Below are positions 47,167-56,654 of a stretch of DNA of 64,000 nt, one piece after another (position 1 is the stretch's first letter; every line of letters starts with the position of its first letter). The position numbers and the translations under genes are program-made. This stretch comes from Planctomycetota bacterium (GTDB taxonomy: Bacteria; Planctomycetota; Phycisphaerae; Phycisphaerales; SM1A02), in the NCBI GenBank assembly GCA_036339555.1, contig JAYZAT010000006.1, forward strand, positions 65-64,064, given 5' to 3'. The notes below the pieces were generated by a model. That model saw only the letters and a program-made list of their open reading frames with translations, did not search any database and had not been told where the DNA came from.

Positions 47167-48813
47167 ATGGGACTGGCAGGTGACATGACGAGGAACTACC
47201 TGGAACGCCTTCGAGGTGTATCCACATCGACCAGGATGCTGGCCGGTGCGTTGGTTGTCATCCTGCTGATGGGTTTCTTCCTTGTCTCACTCTATGCAGG
47301 TCGCTCGGCGATGGTCCCGCTCCCTGTCACGCTGGCAGGAGACGCGCGTGCTCGTACCGTCACCTACCTTGGCAACCACGGATTGGAATACGAAGATACT
47401 GGCACGGCGATCCTTGTGAAACGGGACGACCGTGATCAAATCGTCACCCAATTGAACGAGGCGTCGGTCATCACCCCCGACCAGATCGATTTTGACCGTC
47501 TCATCCAAGATGAGCGGATGTTCCTGACGAAGGGGCAGCAGCGAACGCGTACACGCGTCGCAACCCAGAACGTACTTGGTCGCATGATTTCGCAAATGAC
47601 AACGATCCGAAGTGCAACCGTGGTCATCAGCGGAGAAGATGATCACGTTGGAATCGGACGTGCCTTTGTGCCCAGGACGGCTTCCGTCACGGTCGTGACC
47701 CAATCCGAGGCGTTGAAGCCCAATGCCGTTGATGCCATTGCACGGATGGTGGCCGGCTCCATCTCGGGCTTGAAGGCCGAGTCTGTTTCGGTCATCGATG
47801 CTCGGACGGGGCGAGCCATGGCGCCGCGTTCCGATGATGCGATGGCATCGACGCGGAACATGGAGATCAAGTTAGCGGCTGAGAAGATGGCTTCCGAACG
47901 ACTCAAGGAAGCGCTTGGTTACGTCAACGGTATTCGTATCAGTGTGAATGCAGTTGTTGAAACACGTGAGATCGTCCGCGAGACCACGAGTTATGAAGAT
48001 CCCAAGCTTGGTGTCACACAGGAGACGATGTCTGAATCGTCTCGTTCCGATCCAGCACGTGGTCGAGAACCGGGCATCCGGGCCAACACCGGCCTTCGAA
48101 TCACCACGCCATTGCCGGTGGCCACGCCATCTGGCCCGACAAGCGCTGATTCGTCAGAGCGTGTCCAGAGTGTGCCTGCCTTTGGACGCAGTGATCAGCG
48201 TGTGATCGATCCAGGTGGTTATGCACTGGAAATCAATGCCAGCATCGGTATTCCCCGATCCTATTTCACGGCGTTGCATCGGCAGCGTTCAAATACTGGT
48301 GACAGTGTGGCATTGGACCAGTTCATGGAGAGCACCCTGGAATCAATTGAACTCCAGGTGCTGCCGTTGATCGCCACGGGTTCAGCGGAAGGATCGCGGC
48401 AAGGGGAAGTCACCGTCAGTGTGTTCGACGATGTTCCCATGGCTGCACGTGCCGACAGTATTCCTGCCGCTGCGTGGGTTGACCCATCTGGATTCACGGC
48501 CTGGTTGCCCACCATTGGACTCATTCTGCTGGCTACCATCGCGGTGGGCATGATGATGTTGATGCTTCGTCGTGTTGGTGCCGGGGCGATGGCAGGCCAG
48601 GACGCTCAAGATGTCTCTGACCATCCATTGCTGGCAGAGGATGTAGATGTTCTAGGTGATGTGGATGACACGGATGTCGTACTCGATGGGATCGAGATCG
48701 ACAACGAGGAAGTACGCCGCCGAGTGATGCTCGATCAGATTCGGGATGCCGTGCAGGCGCATCCGGAAGAATCAGCATCGGTTCTGCGTCGATGGACACG
48801 AACGGAGACCTAA
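47167..48813 (+). CDS. fliF: Flagellar M-ring protein FliF
   Basis: N-terminal TM, YscJ/FliF ring-building region, second TM near the C-terminus (LPTIGLILLATIAVGMMMLML), and an acidic FliG-binding tail. An alternative ATG lies at 47185. Confidence 0.88.
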   Translation: MGLAGDMTRNYLERLRGVSTSTRMLAGALVVILLMGFFLVSLYAGRSAMVPLPVTLAGDARARTVTYLGNHGLEYEDTGTAILVKRDDRDQIVTQLNEASVITPDQIDFDRLIQDERMFLTKGQQRTRTRVATQNVLGRMISQMTTIRSATVVISGEDDHVGIGRAFVPRTASVTVVTQSEALKPNAVDAIARMVAGSISGLKAESVSVIDARTGRAMAPRSDDAMASTRNMEIKLAAEKMASERLKEALGYVNGIRISVNAVVETREIVRETTSYEDPKLGVTQETMSESSRSDPARGREPGIRANTGLRITTPLPVATPSGPTSADSSERVQSVPAFGRSDQRVIDPGGYALEINASIGIPRSYFTALHRQRSNTGDSVALDQFMESTLESIELQVLPLIATGSAEGSRQGEVTVSVFDDVPMAARADSIPAAAWVDPSGFTAWLPTIGLILLATIAVGMMMLMLRRVGAGAMAGQDAQDVSDHPLLAEDVDVLGDVDDTDVVLDGIEIDNEEVRRRVMLDQIRDAVQAHPEESASVLRRWTRTET

Positions 48814-49853
48814 TGCCTTTCCGTCCTGGACAAAAACTCCCTGATCGCGCCATCGACCTGGAGGGTCCGGTGAAGGCCGCCGTGCTGCTGCTGAGCTTGG
48901 ATGAGCAATCGGCATCTGCCATGCTCAGGGAACTGCCGACCGAGGTCGTGCAACGTGTCACAGCTATCGTTGCTGCCATTGAGGAGGTTCCAGCCTCGTT
49001 GGTGGAAGAGGTTGTCGAGGAGTACTACAGCCTGCAGTTAGCGAGTCGATATGTCCGCGAAGGTGGACTGGAGTATGCACGCCGACTCCTTCAGGATTCC
49101 TTGGACACGGAACGTGCAACTCAAGTCATGAACCAGGTCGAAACGCAGGTGCAACGCACGCCGTTCAGCTTTCTGCGTCGAGTCGAATGTGACACGCTGC
49201 TCGCCTTCATCCAGGAAGAACATCCGCAGACCATTGCCTTGATCGCGAGCCATCTCGACCAAGATCGAGCGTCGGAGATTCTCGTGGGTCTTCCTCAGGA
49301 TAAGCAGGTCGAGGTTGTTCGTCGGGTTGCCAACATGGAACAGACGAATCCCGATCTTGTTCATGAAGTCGAAGCAGGATTGGAAGACCGACTCGCCAAC
49401 ATGCTTTCGAGTTCCTCTGAGCGTGTTGGTGGTGTCAAGGCAGTTGCGGAGGTCCTGAATCTCTGCGACCGCAACACCGAACGCAACATCATGGATGGTA
49501 TCGAGGTTGATAGCCCCGACTTGGTTGAAAACATCCGTCGATTGATGTTTGTCTTCGAGGATATTCGGTTCGTCAATGATCGCGGAATTCAAACTGTGCT
49601 CAAGGAAATAGACAATGACCAGCTCGCGCTTTCACTGAAGACAGCAAGTGAAAATCTTCGCGAGAAAATATTCTCGAACATGTCGGAACGTGCTGCTGAG
49701 GTGGTGAAGGAAGATATGGAATACATGGGCCCCGTGCGTCTGAGTGATGTCGAGGGGGCTCAGCAACGGATCGTGGATATCGTTCGACGGCTGGAAGATG
49801 CCGGCGAATTGATCATCAGTGGGCGTGGCGGCGATTCGGAAGTCGTCGTGTAG
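48813..49853 (+). CDS. fliG: Flagellar motor switch protein FliG
   Basis: KAAVLLLSLDE..., EHPQTIALIASHL and C-terminal MFVFEDI..., with TAATG coupling to fliF. Confidence 0.92.
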   Translation: MPFRPGQKLPDRAIDLEGPVKAAVLLLSLDEQSASAMLRELPTEVVQRVTAIVAAIEEVPASLVEEVVEEYYSLQLASRYVREGGLEYARRLLQDSLDTERATQVMNQVETQVQRTPFSFLRRVECDTLLAFIQEEHPQTIALIASHLDQDRASEILVGLPQDKQVEVVRRVANMEQTNPDLVHEVEAGLEDRLANMLSSSSERVGGVKAVAEVLNLCDRNTERNIMDGIEVDSPDLVENIRRLMFVFEDIRFVNDRGIQTVLKEIDNDQLALSLKTASENLREKIFSNMSERAAEVVKEDMEYMGPVRLSDVEGAQQRIVDIVRRLEDAGELIISGRGGDSEVVV

Positions 49854-49865
49854 GAGCGTGTATCG

Positions 49866-50603
49866 ATGCCACTGATCAAGGCCCGTGACACTCGTGAACT
49901 TGCCTCGCCGATGCCGTCGATCGATCGTGTCGAGTCCAGTGCGTCAGTGATCATTGAGCGTGCACGTCAGGATGCATCCCGCATCATTGCACTGGCCCTG
50001 GAAGAGGCCCGATCTGGTGCCCGCGACATTCAAGAAACGGCGCGACAGCAGGGATATGAGCAGGGGCACCAGGAAGGTGTGAACCAAGGACACGCCGAGG
50101 GGCAGGCCGCGGCCCAAGAGGCGATGCAGCAGCAGCTCAAGACCTTGCATAACAACTGGTCGAAGCTTCTGGTCACTTGGGAGCAAACAGAATCTAAGCG
50201 GCTTGACCAGGCGGCCAGGTTGGCCCTGGAAATGGCCATGTCACTGGGTGCGTGCATCGTCCATCGACAAGTGGCACAGAACCCGGAAATTGTCGTAGAA
50301 CAACTGCGGCGAGCCCTCGAATTGGCGCAGTCGCCTTCGGATCTCGAGATTCTGGTCGCCGAATCAGATCGCCCTCGGGTCCACCAGGCGTTACCAGGTT
50401 TATTGGAACGCTTCGAGAACACGGGTTTCGTCTCGATCCGTGCCTGTGCCGACATGGCACCAGGTGGGTGTCGCCTGATGATGCGAGGTGGTGAAGTAGA
50501 TGCTTCATTGGAAGTCCAGTTACAACGACTTACCGAGGCCATCATGCCCGCTCAAGAAGAGTCGGGAGCCCTGGCCATTGCGCCAGAAGGTGAGGCAGCA
50601 TGA
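49866..50603 (+). CDS. fliH: Flagellar assembly protein FliH
   Basis: Coiled-coil, E/Q-rich N-terminus, conserved position between fliG and fliI, and ATGA overlap with fliI. Confidence 0.75.
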   Translation: MPLIKARDTRELASPMPSIDRVESSASVIIERARQDASRIIALALEEARSGARDIQETARQQGYEQGHQEGVNQGHAEGQAAAQEAMQQQLKTLHNNWSKLLVTWEQTESKRLDQAARLALEMAMSLGACIVHRQVAQNPEIVVEQLRRALELAQSPSDLEILVAESDRPRVHQALPGLLERFENTGFVSIRACADMAPGGCRLMMRGGEVDASLEVQLQRLTEAIMPAQEESGALAIAPEGEAA

Positions 50604-52006
50604 GATTGCTCCAGGAAGCGATCGAGATGTTGCCCATGTTGCAACCCAGGCAGGTCAGCGGGTCGGTAGTCACCATCCGCGGTTTGACGATTCAGGTTGA
50701 GCATTTGCCCTTGTCAGTTGGATCGACCGTGACGGTGGAAACACGTGGGGGTATTGACCAGCACACCATGCGGCGGGGCGAAGTCATTGGGTTCCATGGT
50801 GACCAGCACATCATCATGCTCTATGACACGCTTGAAGGGATTCAACCCGGGGCGCGTGTTCATGGGTCACAGACATCTGGTCGCTTTGCGCCCCTGGGAC
50901 GAGGCTTGCTCGGTCGAGTGGTGGATGGCCTGGGTCGACCGATTGATGGTCGTGGGCCGATCGCCGTCGAGACCAGGCGACCGCTCATCGGTGATGGGGT
51001 GGAACCCCTGGCACGGGCACCACTGAATCAGCCACTCCCGACGGGTATACGAGTCATCGATGCGATGATGACGATTGGCCGTGGACAACGGATGGGTATC
51101 TTTTCGCGTCCTGGTGTCGGCAAGTCCACGTTGCTGGCCGCGATGGCCAGGCATGCCTCCAGTGATGTGAATGTCATTGCACTGATTGGAGAGCGTGGAC
51201 GCGAGGTTCAAGAGTTTATCCATGGAACCTTGGGGCCGGAAGGTTTAGCGCGTTCGGTTGTGGTTGTTTCCACAAGTGATGAGTCCCCGCTGTTGAGGGT
51301 TCGAGCCTCACTGCTTGCTACTGCGATTGCCGAATACTTTCGTGATCAGGATGGAGGCCAGGACGTTCTTCTGGCAATGGACTCCCTGACACGTTTTGCG
51401 CAAGCACAGCGGCAGGTTGGTTTGGCAAGCGGAGAGCAGCCCGCCATGCGCGGATATCCACCCTCGGTGTTCGCCATGCTTCCGATCCTGGTTGAACGCG
51501 CTGGTGCTGTGAGTCAAGGTGGTTCGATCACGGGGCTGTATACAGTCTTGGTGGAATCCGATGACATGACAGAACCTGTTTCGGATGCATCCCAGAGCGT
51601 GCTGGACGGACACATCGTCTTGTGCCCGGACCGAGCGGCTCGTGGTCAGTATCCCGCGGTCGATTGTCTCCAGAGCATCTCCCGGGTTGCCGAGCGTATT
51701 AGTGATGAAAATCACCGAGCAGCTCGGCTTGAGATCCGCAGCCTTCTGGCAGCGCTTCGAGATGTCGAGGAACTGGTAGCGATTGGGGCGTATGCCAAGG
51801 GATCCGATCCAGTGACGGATACGGCCCTTGAACTTCGAGATCGACTCGAAACGTTTCTTGTCCAGGAAGCGCATGTCTCAACTGGCTATCCCGAAACATG
51901 TCGAGAACTCGTGGACTTGGCGACGGATGCGATCCGTCTCCGGAAGCGTTTGGCTGCGGTGGCACCAAAAACGGTCAATGCATCCACTCATGGAGCAACA
52001 ACATGA
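50600..52006 (+). CDS. fliI: Flagellum-specific ATPase FliI
   Basis: Walker A GIFSRPGVGKSTLL, Walker B VLLAMDSLTRFA, F1/T3SS ATPase family. Confidence 0.95.
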   Translation: MRLLQEAIEMLPMLQPRQVSGSVVTIRGLTIQVEHLPLSVGSTVTVETRGGIDQHTMRRGEVIGFHGDQHIIMLYDTLEGIQPGARVHGSQTSGRFAPLGRGLLGRVVDGLGRPIDGRGPIAVETRRPLIGDGVEPLARAPLNQPLPTGIRVIDAMMTIGRGQRMGIFSRPGVGKSTLLAAMARHASSDVNVIALIGERGREVQEFIHGTLGPEGLARSVVVVSTSDESPLLRVRASLLATAIAEYFRDQDGGQDVLLAMDSLTRFAQAQRQVGLASGEQPAMRGYPPSVFAMLPILVERAGAVSQGGSITGLYTVLVESDDMTEPVSDASQSVLDGHIVLCPDRAARGQYPAVDCLQSISRVAERISDENHRAARLEIRSLLAALRDVEELVAIGAYAKGSDPVTDTALELRDRLETFLVQEAHVSTGYPETCRELVDLATDAIRLRKRLAAVAPKTVNASTHGATT

Positions 52007-52443
52007 AAGCTTTCACCTTTCGTCTTCAGCGTGTCTTAGATCTGCGTCTTTCCCGTGAACGTGAGGCGCAGCGTGTTCTGGCTTCTGTGAATCGTGCACG
52101 AGGTCGCCTTGAAGATTGCTTGCGTGAGTCGGAACGGTGTCGTCAACAGTCATCCAAGCAACTTCGTGCTGGAATGGTTGGTGTCTTGAGCATTGAGGAA
52201 TTGCGATTGCAGGCATCGATCGGTCAACAACATGCTCGTCGGGCGCGGCAACTCGTATTCGAACTTGCGGCCATTCATCCACAAATTGAAGCAGCGCAAA
52301 CGTCGCTTGCCAAGGCGACCGCCGAGCGTCGTGGTTTGGAGTATCTACGAGACCGGGCTCGAAAGGAATGGATGCAGGATTGCCAACGCATCGAAAGACG
52401 TGAGGAAGCGGAAGCCGCCTTGGTGGGAGGCATGGCCATATGA
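52003..52443 (+). CDS. fliJ: Flagellar export protein FliJ
   Basis: 146-aa coiled-coil FRLQRVLDLR...E, ATGA overlap with fliI, conserved position. Confidence 0.75.
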   Translation: MKAFTFRLQRVLDLRLSREREAQRVLASVNRARGRLEDCLRESERCRQQSSKQLRAGMVGVLSIEELRLQASIGQQHARRARQLVFELAAIHPQIEAAQTSLAKATAERRGLEYLRDRARKEWMQDCQRIERREEAEAALVGGMAI

Positions 52444-53156
52444 AACGCTTCTGGTCTATTGCATCCAATCTCTCATTGGTTCTCCTGCTCGTGGCAGCAG
52501 TTGGATTGGGATGGTTGTTGATGTCCGGAAGGCTGGATGAAACAAAGATGCAGGCGCTGAGAGCAGCGTGGTTCAATGACAGTGTCTCGAATGCAGGCGA
52601 GGAAGAAGCGTTCGAGACCTTCACAGAGGAGAGTGTGCCCGGGAGCAGCGCACGGCGATTGAGTTCACGTGCCGAGGGGACGCGTTCCATGGCTGTGAGC
52701 AGGCAGGGGGTACAGCAGGAAGGGATTATTCGACAACGACAGATCGATGTGGCCCTGGAGCAACTGGCCCAGGCACGAGAAGACTTGGCCTTGGAAAGGG
52801 CGGCCTTCAAGGACATGCGGGAGGCCTCGTCGGTTGAGCCAGTTGGCCGCGACCAGGTGGCCCAGTTTCGGCGATCCGTGCAGTTGATGGAAGCTGCTCA
52901 GGCAGCCCAAGCCAAGGTATGGCTGCTCTCCATGGTCGAGGATGGAAGATTCGAGGATGCAGTGGCGACCCTGGATGCCATGCGTGAGCGGTCCGCCAGC
53001 CGGATTCTCAGGGAATTTCAATCGGCTGGGGAGTTGGCCTTGGCAGGCCAGTTGCTGGAAGCCCTGGGGCGGTACGGGACGATTCCCGACACACCGCCTG
53101 ACCAGGAGGCTTCTCAGCGTGTATCCCTCAGCGACGGCATTTCTTCCGAGCCTTGA
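52440..53156 (+). CDS. YlxF/MotE-like flagellar protein (TM anchor plus MgtE_N-like helical domain), tentative
   Basis: N-terminal TM, then a helical region (AQAKVWLLSM..DAVATLDAM..RSASRIL). It occupies the same slot as ylxF between fliJ and fliK in Bacillus-type operons. Confidence 0.45.
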   Translation: MKRFWSIASNLSLVLLLVAAVGLGWLLMSGRLDETKMQALRAAWFNDSVSNAGEEEAFETFTEESVPGSSARRLSSRAEGTRSMAVSRQGVQQEGIIRQRQIDVALEQLAQAREDLALERAAFKDMREASSVEPVGRDQVAQFRRSVQLMEAAQAAQAKVWLLSMVEDGRFEDAVATLDAMRERSASRILREFQSAGELALAGQLLEALGRYGTIPDTPPDQEASQRVSLSDGISSEP

Positions 53157-54195
53157 TGCGCGCTGGGCGGACCCGGTGCCGTCATCGGCTCTTGAGACCC
53201 TGGAAAAGGGGTTTCCGGCACAGGCAGCGGAGGAAGCAGAGCTCAAGCGAGCTGCTGAAGAGCACGAACCACTGTCGAAGAAGATTGCCAAGGACCAAGA
53301 GGCCCAAGCCAGGAACGAGGCCGAGGCCGAAGCGCAGGATCAGCCGGATACAGACTCTGATGAGGCGCAGGATTCGCGCCAATCCCAGGGCATGGGTCCC
53401 GTGCCACAGTCTGCTACCTCTCGAGTTGACAGCAATCCGAGATATCGGGAGGGCGGATCCAACGCATCTCACGGCCCCTTATCACGATCACAGGGTCGAG
53501 TGCCTGGGCAAGCTCAGATTTCCACGGCCATCGTGAAGCCGACGGTGTCCCAACTGGCGACTTCCGACACGCCATCCATCGCCACACCGACGACGGAGGG
53601 GACCGCCTCGGGCACCGTGGTTCGAAACGTACCGGCGGCTGTGTTGCGAGCCATTGAGGTCGAGGCTTCGCTGGAACTGGGCGGTAAGGGAAATAGTTCA
53701 TCGCGATCATCGCTGATGGGGCGTTCTGGAAAACTCAGTGGAACCAGAGCACTTGCTGAGGCGGAGTTCCGGACGTTGCAAGGGATGACGAGTTTGTTGG
53801 CCCAACGTGGTGGTCGCCTTCGAGTTCATCTGCATCCAGTTCAATTGGGCCCAATCCAAATAGATGTCGAGGTCGATGGCGATCGAGTTCGGGCTGTGAT
53901 TGAAACAGCGACTCGTGGGGCGAGCAAGATTCTTGAAGCATCCACCTCAAGGTTGAAAGCAGCACTCGAAGCACAGGGGTACTCGCTTGATCGCCTGGAG
54001 ATCCGTCAACAGGGGCTGTCTTCGGGTGCGGCTGAAGATGCTGAACCAGGTGGGGATGAAGATAAGCAGGACGATTCACAACGAACTCGGGAGGACGGTC
54101 ATTCGCCTCGACGCTGGCGATCGTCTGGGGCCCACCATGGCGTTGATGAAGAATTCACTTTCGCTGAACTCGGCGAACAGGAGCACGCACCATGA
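53119..54195 (+). CDS. fliK: Flagellar hook-length control protein FliK
   Basis: C-terminal Flg_hook-type domain RLRVHLHPVQLGPIQIDVEVDGDRVRAVIETATRGASKILE. The start is uncertain: GTG 53119 has AGGAGG 9 nt upstream, and GTG 53176 is an alternative. Confidence 0.75.
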   Translation: MYPSATAFLPSLDARWADPVPSSALETLEKGFPAQAAEEAELKRAAEEHEPLSKKIAKDQEAQARNEAEAEAQDQPDTDSDEAQDSRQSQGMGPVPQSATSRVDSNPRYREGGSNASHGPLSRSQGRVPGQAQISTAIVKPTVSQLATSDTPSIATPTTEGTASGTVVRNVPAAVLRAIEVEASLELGGKGNSSSRSSLMGRSGKLSGTRALAEAEFRTLQGMTSLLAQRGGRLRVHLHPVQLGPIQIDVEVDGDRVRAVIETATRGASKILEASTSRLKAALEAQGYSLDRLEIRQQGLSSGAAEDAEPGGDEDKQDDSQRTREDGHSPRRWRSSGAHHGVDEEFTFAELGEQEHAP

Positions 54196-54764
54196 GCCAG
54201 ATCAATGCGCCAGATTTGTTTGGGCCTATAGACCGGGTGACGAACAACGGTTTCGCCTCCATGAGTTCCGAGGACTTCATCACAATTATGTTCACGGAAC
54301 TGACGAACCAGGATCCCATGGCACCGACCGATTCTGCCGCATTACTCGATCAGTTGAATTCGATTCGATCCATTGAATCGGATATGCGCATGGTAGAGAA
54401 CATGGAGTCCCTGATCTTTGAGAACCAACTTTCATCGGCAAGTGGTTTGATCGGCCGTTTCGTTGGAGGAGTCGATTGGAGCGGTGTGCGGATGGGGGGC
54501 ATCGTGACCGCTGTCATTCGACAGGGCGATGAGATTGCTCTGGAACTCGATAACGGTGCGTTCCTGCCAATTTCCGGCGTGGAGACGATTATCACTCCGG
54601 ACGTATTAGAAGCTTTGGGTGATGCAGATTCGGGAAATGACGAGACAGATGAAGACACAGATGATGGCGCTGGCGACGACACGGATGATGGCGGTGATGG
54701 TGACGGAAGCGATGACGGTGACGGTGACGGAAGTGGTGATGGTGACGGAAGTGATGAAGGGTAA
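54192..54764 (+). CDS. flgD: Flagellar hook capping/assembly protein FlgD with a D/G-rich tail
   Basis: FITIMFTELTNQDPMAPTDSAALLDQLNSIRSIE signature and ATGA overlap with fliK. Confidence 0.88.
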   Translation: MSQINAPDLFGPIDRVTNNGFASMSSEDFITIMFTELTNQDPMAPTDSAALLDQLNSIRSIESDMRMVENMESLIFENQLSSASGLIGRFVGGVDWSGVRMGGIVTAVIRQGDEIALELDNGAFLPISGVETIITPDVLEALGDADSGNDETDEDTDDGAGDDTDDGGDGDGSDDGDGDGSGDGDGSDEG

Positions 54765-54821
54765 TCCCCGGTGAGTTGAAGGCTCCCAGGCCTCATCAAC
54801 ACAGGTATTGAGGAGATGATC

Positions 54822-56654
54822 ATGGGCTCTACGAATGCATTATTCACAGGTTTGTCCGGATTGCGGAGCAATCAGCAGCGGCTGGATGTGATCGGTAACA
54901 ACATTGCGAATGTCAATACCACGGCGTTCAAATCCAGCCGCATGATTTTCGCAACGCTGTACGCGCAAACCACATCTTTGGGTTCAGCACCAGGACTCGA
55001 TGGAGGAACTAATCCTCTACAGATTGGGCATGGAACGATGGTGGCCGGCACCCAACGAAATTTTTCAGATGGCGCCCACACGAGTACTGGAATCGCGACT
55101 GACATGGCCATCTATGGGGATGGCTTCTTCGTCGTCCAACACAATGGAGAGCAAGTCTTCACGCGTGATGGTGCTTTTCAACTCGATGAAAACAGGCGAT
55201 TGGTGACCGCTCAGGGTGGTTACGTCATGGGTTGGGGTGTCGATGACCAGTGGCAGATCATGGGCGGCGAACTGCAAGCCTTGGAAATACCACTCGGAGT
55301 GATGTCGGTCGCGGAAGCAACCAGCAAGGTCTATCTCGACGGGCAATTAGATGCTGCTGGTGATATTGCAACCAGCGGATCGATTCACCGATCTGCAACA
55401 CTCTGGACAGATACGGCTCTATCTTCTTCGGAGGCACTGACGTGGGATCCCGACAACCCGGATGCAACTGGCTCCGGTCATACGGACTTGACTGTCGCGG
55501 GCAACAATCTTTATATCGATGATGGCGAGGGGAATCCGCTTCTGGCTTTGGAAGGTGGTGCTCAGGCCATCATCACAGTCAGTGGTGTCGAGAAGAACGG
55601 GCAATCGATGGGCACCCATACATTCGCCTTTTCAAGTGAGACAGAAGCTGCTGAGCTAGGAGCTGAATCCTTCGGCTCGAACATGCAAGACTTCACGGAT
55701 TGGCTTGAGACCGTTCTGGGATTGCATCATGAAGATATAGAGGGCCAGAATCTCGGCGGCCGCGTTGAAATTGATCCTACGGGCGCCTTGGTAATCATCG
55801 GCAATGAAGGCACCGTCCAAGATTTGGACCTCTCGAGTGGTGATATCACTGTGAGTTATGGGGGAACAACAAGTGGTGATCCTGTAGCAGGCGATCCCAT
55901 CACCCAGCCATTTCGACTCAACGCAGAGCAGAGTGCAGATGGTGAAGCAGTACGGACTACTTTTGTTGCGTATGACTCCTTGGGTGATTCCGTCACGGTG
56001 CACGTGTCCATGGTTCTTCAGGAAACGCTTGAAAATGGCGGCACCACATGGACGTTCCTCGCAGAATCTCCAGATGCGGCAGGCCTCGCCAGGATTGTTG
56101 GCAGTGGAAACCTGACCTTTGACGCTTCTGGAGAACTGGTGTCAATCTCCAATTCAACGATCAGCATTCCACGTGACAACGGCTCGGATTCCCCCTTGGT
56201 GCTGGATCTCGATTTTAGTGAAGGCGCTGATGGCCTGACATCACCAGCAGATGCGACAAGCAGCATCGTTGCCATTTCGCAGAATGGATTTCCTGGTGGA
56301 GAACTCGTTTCGTATTCGGTCGATGATGAGGGGATGATCATCGGGGCCTTTACCAACGGGACCACCAAGACCCTGGGGCTCGTCTCGCTGGCGATGTTTG
56401 CCAATCCCGGTGGGCTGGAAGATGTTGGAGACAATTATTTCCGTGTAGGTCCCAATTCGGGTGAGGCCCTCATCACTGCTCCCGGTACCCAGGGCGCGGG
56501 GAGCGTTTTCAGCGGGTACCTGGAGATGTCAAACGTGGATTTGTCGCAGGAGTTCATCAACATGATCCTGGCTTCCACGGGTTACCAGGCATCCAGCCGG
56601 GTCATCAATGCATCCAATGAGATGCTTGATCAACTGATGTTGATGGCCCGCTAG
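54822..56654 (+). CDS. flgE: Flagellar hook protein FlgE
   Basis: ALFTGLSGLRSNQQRLDVIGNNIANVNTTAFK N-terminus and C-terminal LEMSNVDLSQEFINMILASTGYQASSRVI. GAGGAG lies 6 nt before this ATG; the track start is 54816. Confidence 0.93.
   Translation: MGSTNALFTGLSGLRSNQQRLDVIGNNIANVNTTAFKSSRMIFATLYAQTTSLGSAPGLDGGTNPLQIGHGTMVAGTQRNFSDGAHTSTGIATDMAIYGDGFFVVQHNGEQVFTRDGAFQLDENRRLVTAQGGYVMGWGVDDQWQIMGGELQALEIPLGVMSVAEATSKVYLDGQLDAAGDIATSGSIHRSATLWTDTALSSSEALTWDPDNPDATGSGHTDLTVAGNNLYIDDGEGNPLLALEGGAQAIITVSGVEKNGQSMGTHTFAFSSETEAAELGAESFGSNMQDFTDWLETVLGLHHEDIEGQNLGGRVEIDPTGALVIIGNEGTVQDLDLSSGDITVSYGGTTSGDPVAGDPITQPFRLNAEQSADGEAVRTTFVAYDSLGDSVTVHVSMVLQETLENGGTTWTFLAESPDAAGLARIVGSGNLTFDASGELVSISNSTISIPRDNGSDSPLVLDLDFSEGADGLTSPADATSSIVAISQNGFPGGELVSYSVDDEGMIIGAFTNGTTKTLGLVSLAMFANPGGLEDVGDNYFRVGPNSGEALITAPGTQGAGSVFSGYLEMSNVDLSQEFINMILASTGYQASSRVINASNEMLDQLMLMAR

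Noticed and set aside
53153-53536. 127-aa Arg/Lys-rich ORF starting right at the ylxF-like stop, which could be mistaken for the fliK start.
   Set aside because: It is in a different frame from the conserved FliK C-terminal domain, and its composition (RRRxxRRK runs) is typical of an off-frame translation. The fliK frame is the one open from 52942.
54640-54764. Short tandem GGTGAC-like repeats, considered as a possible CRISPR array or non-coding repeat array.
   Set aside because: They are in frame within flgD and encode a D/G-rich tail. The repeat unit is far too short and there are no spacers. I kept this only as a coding low-complexity observation.
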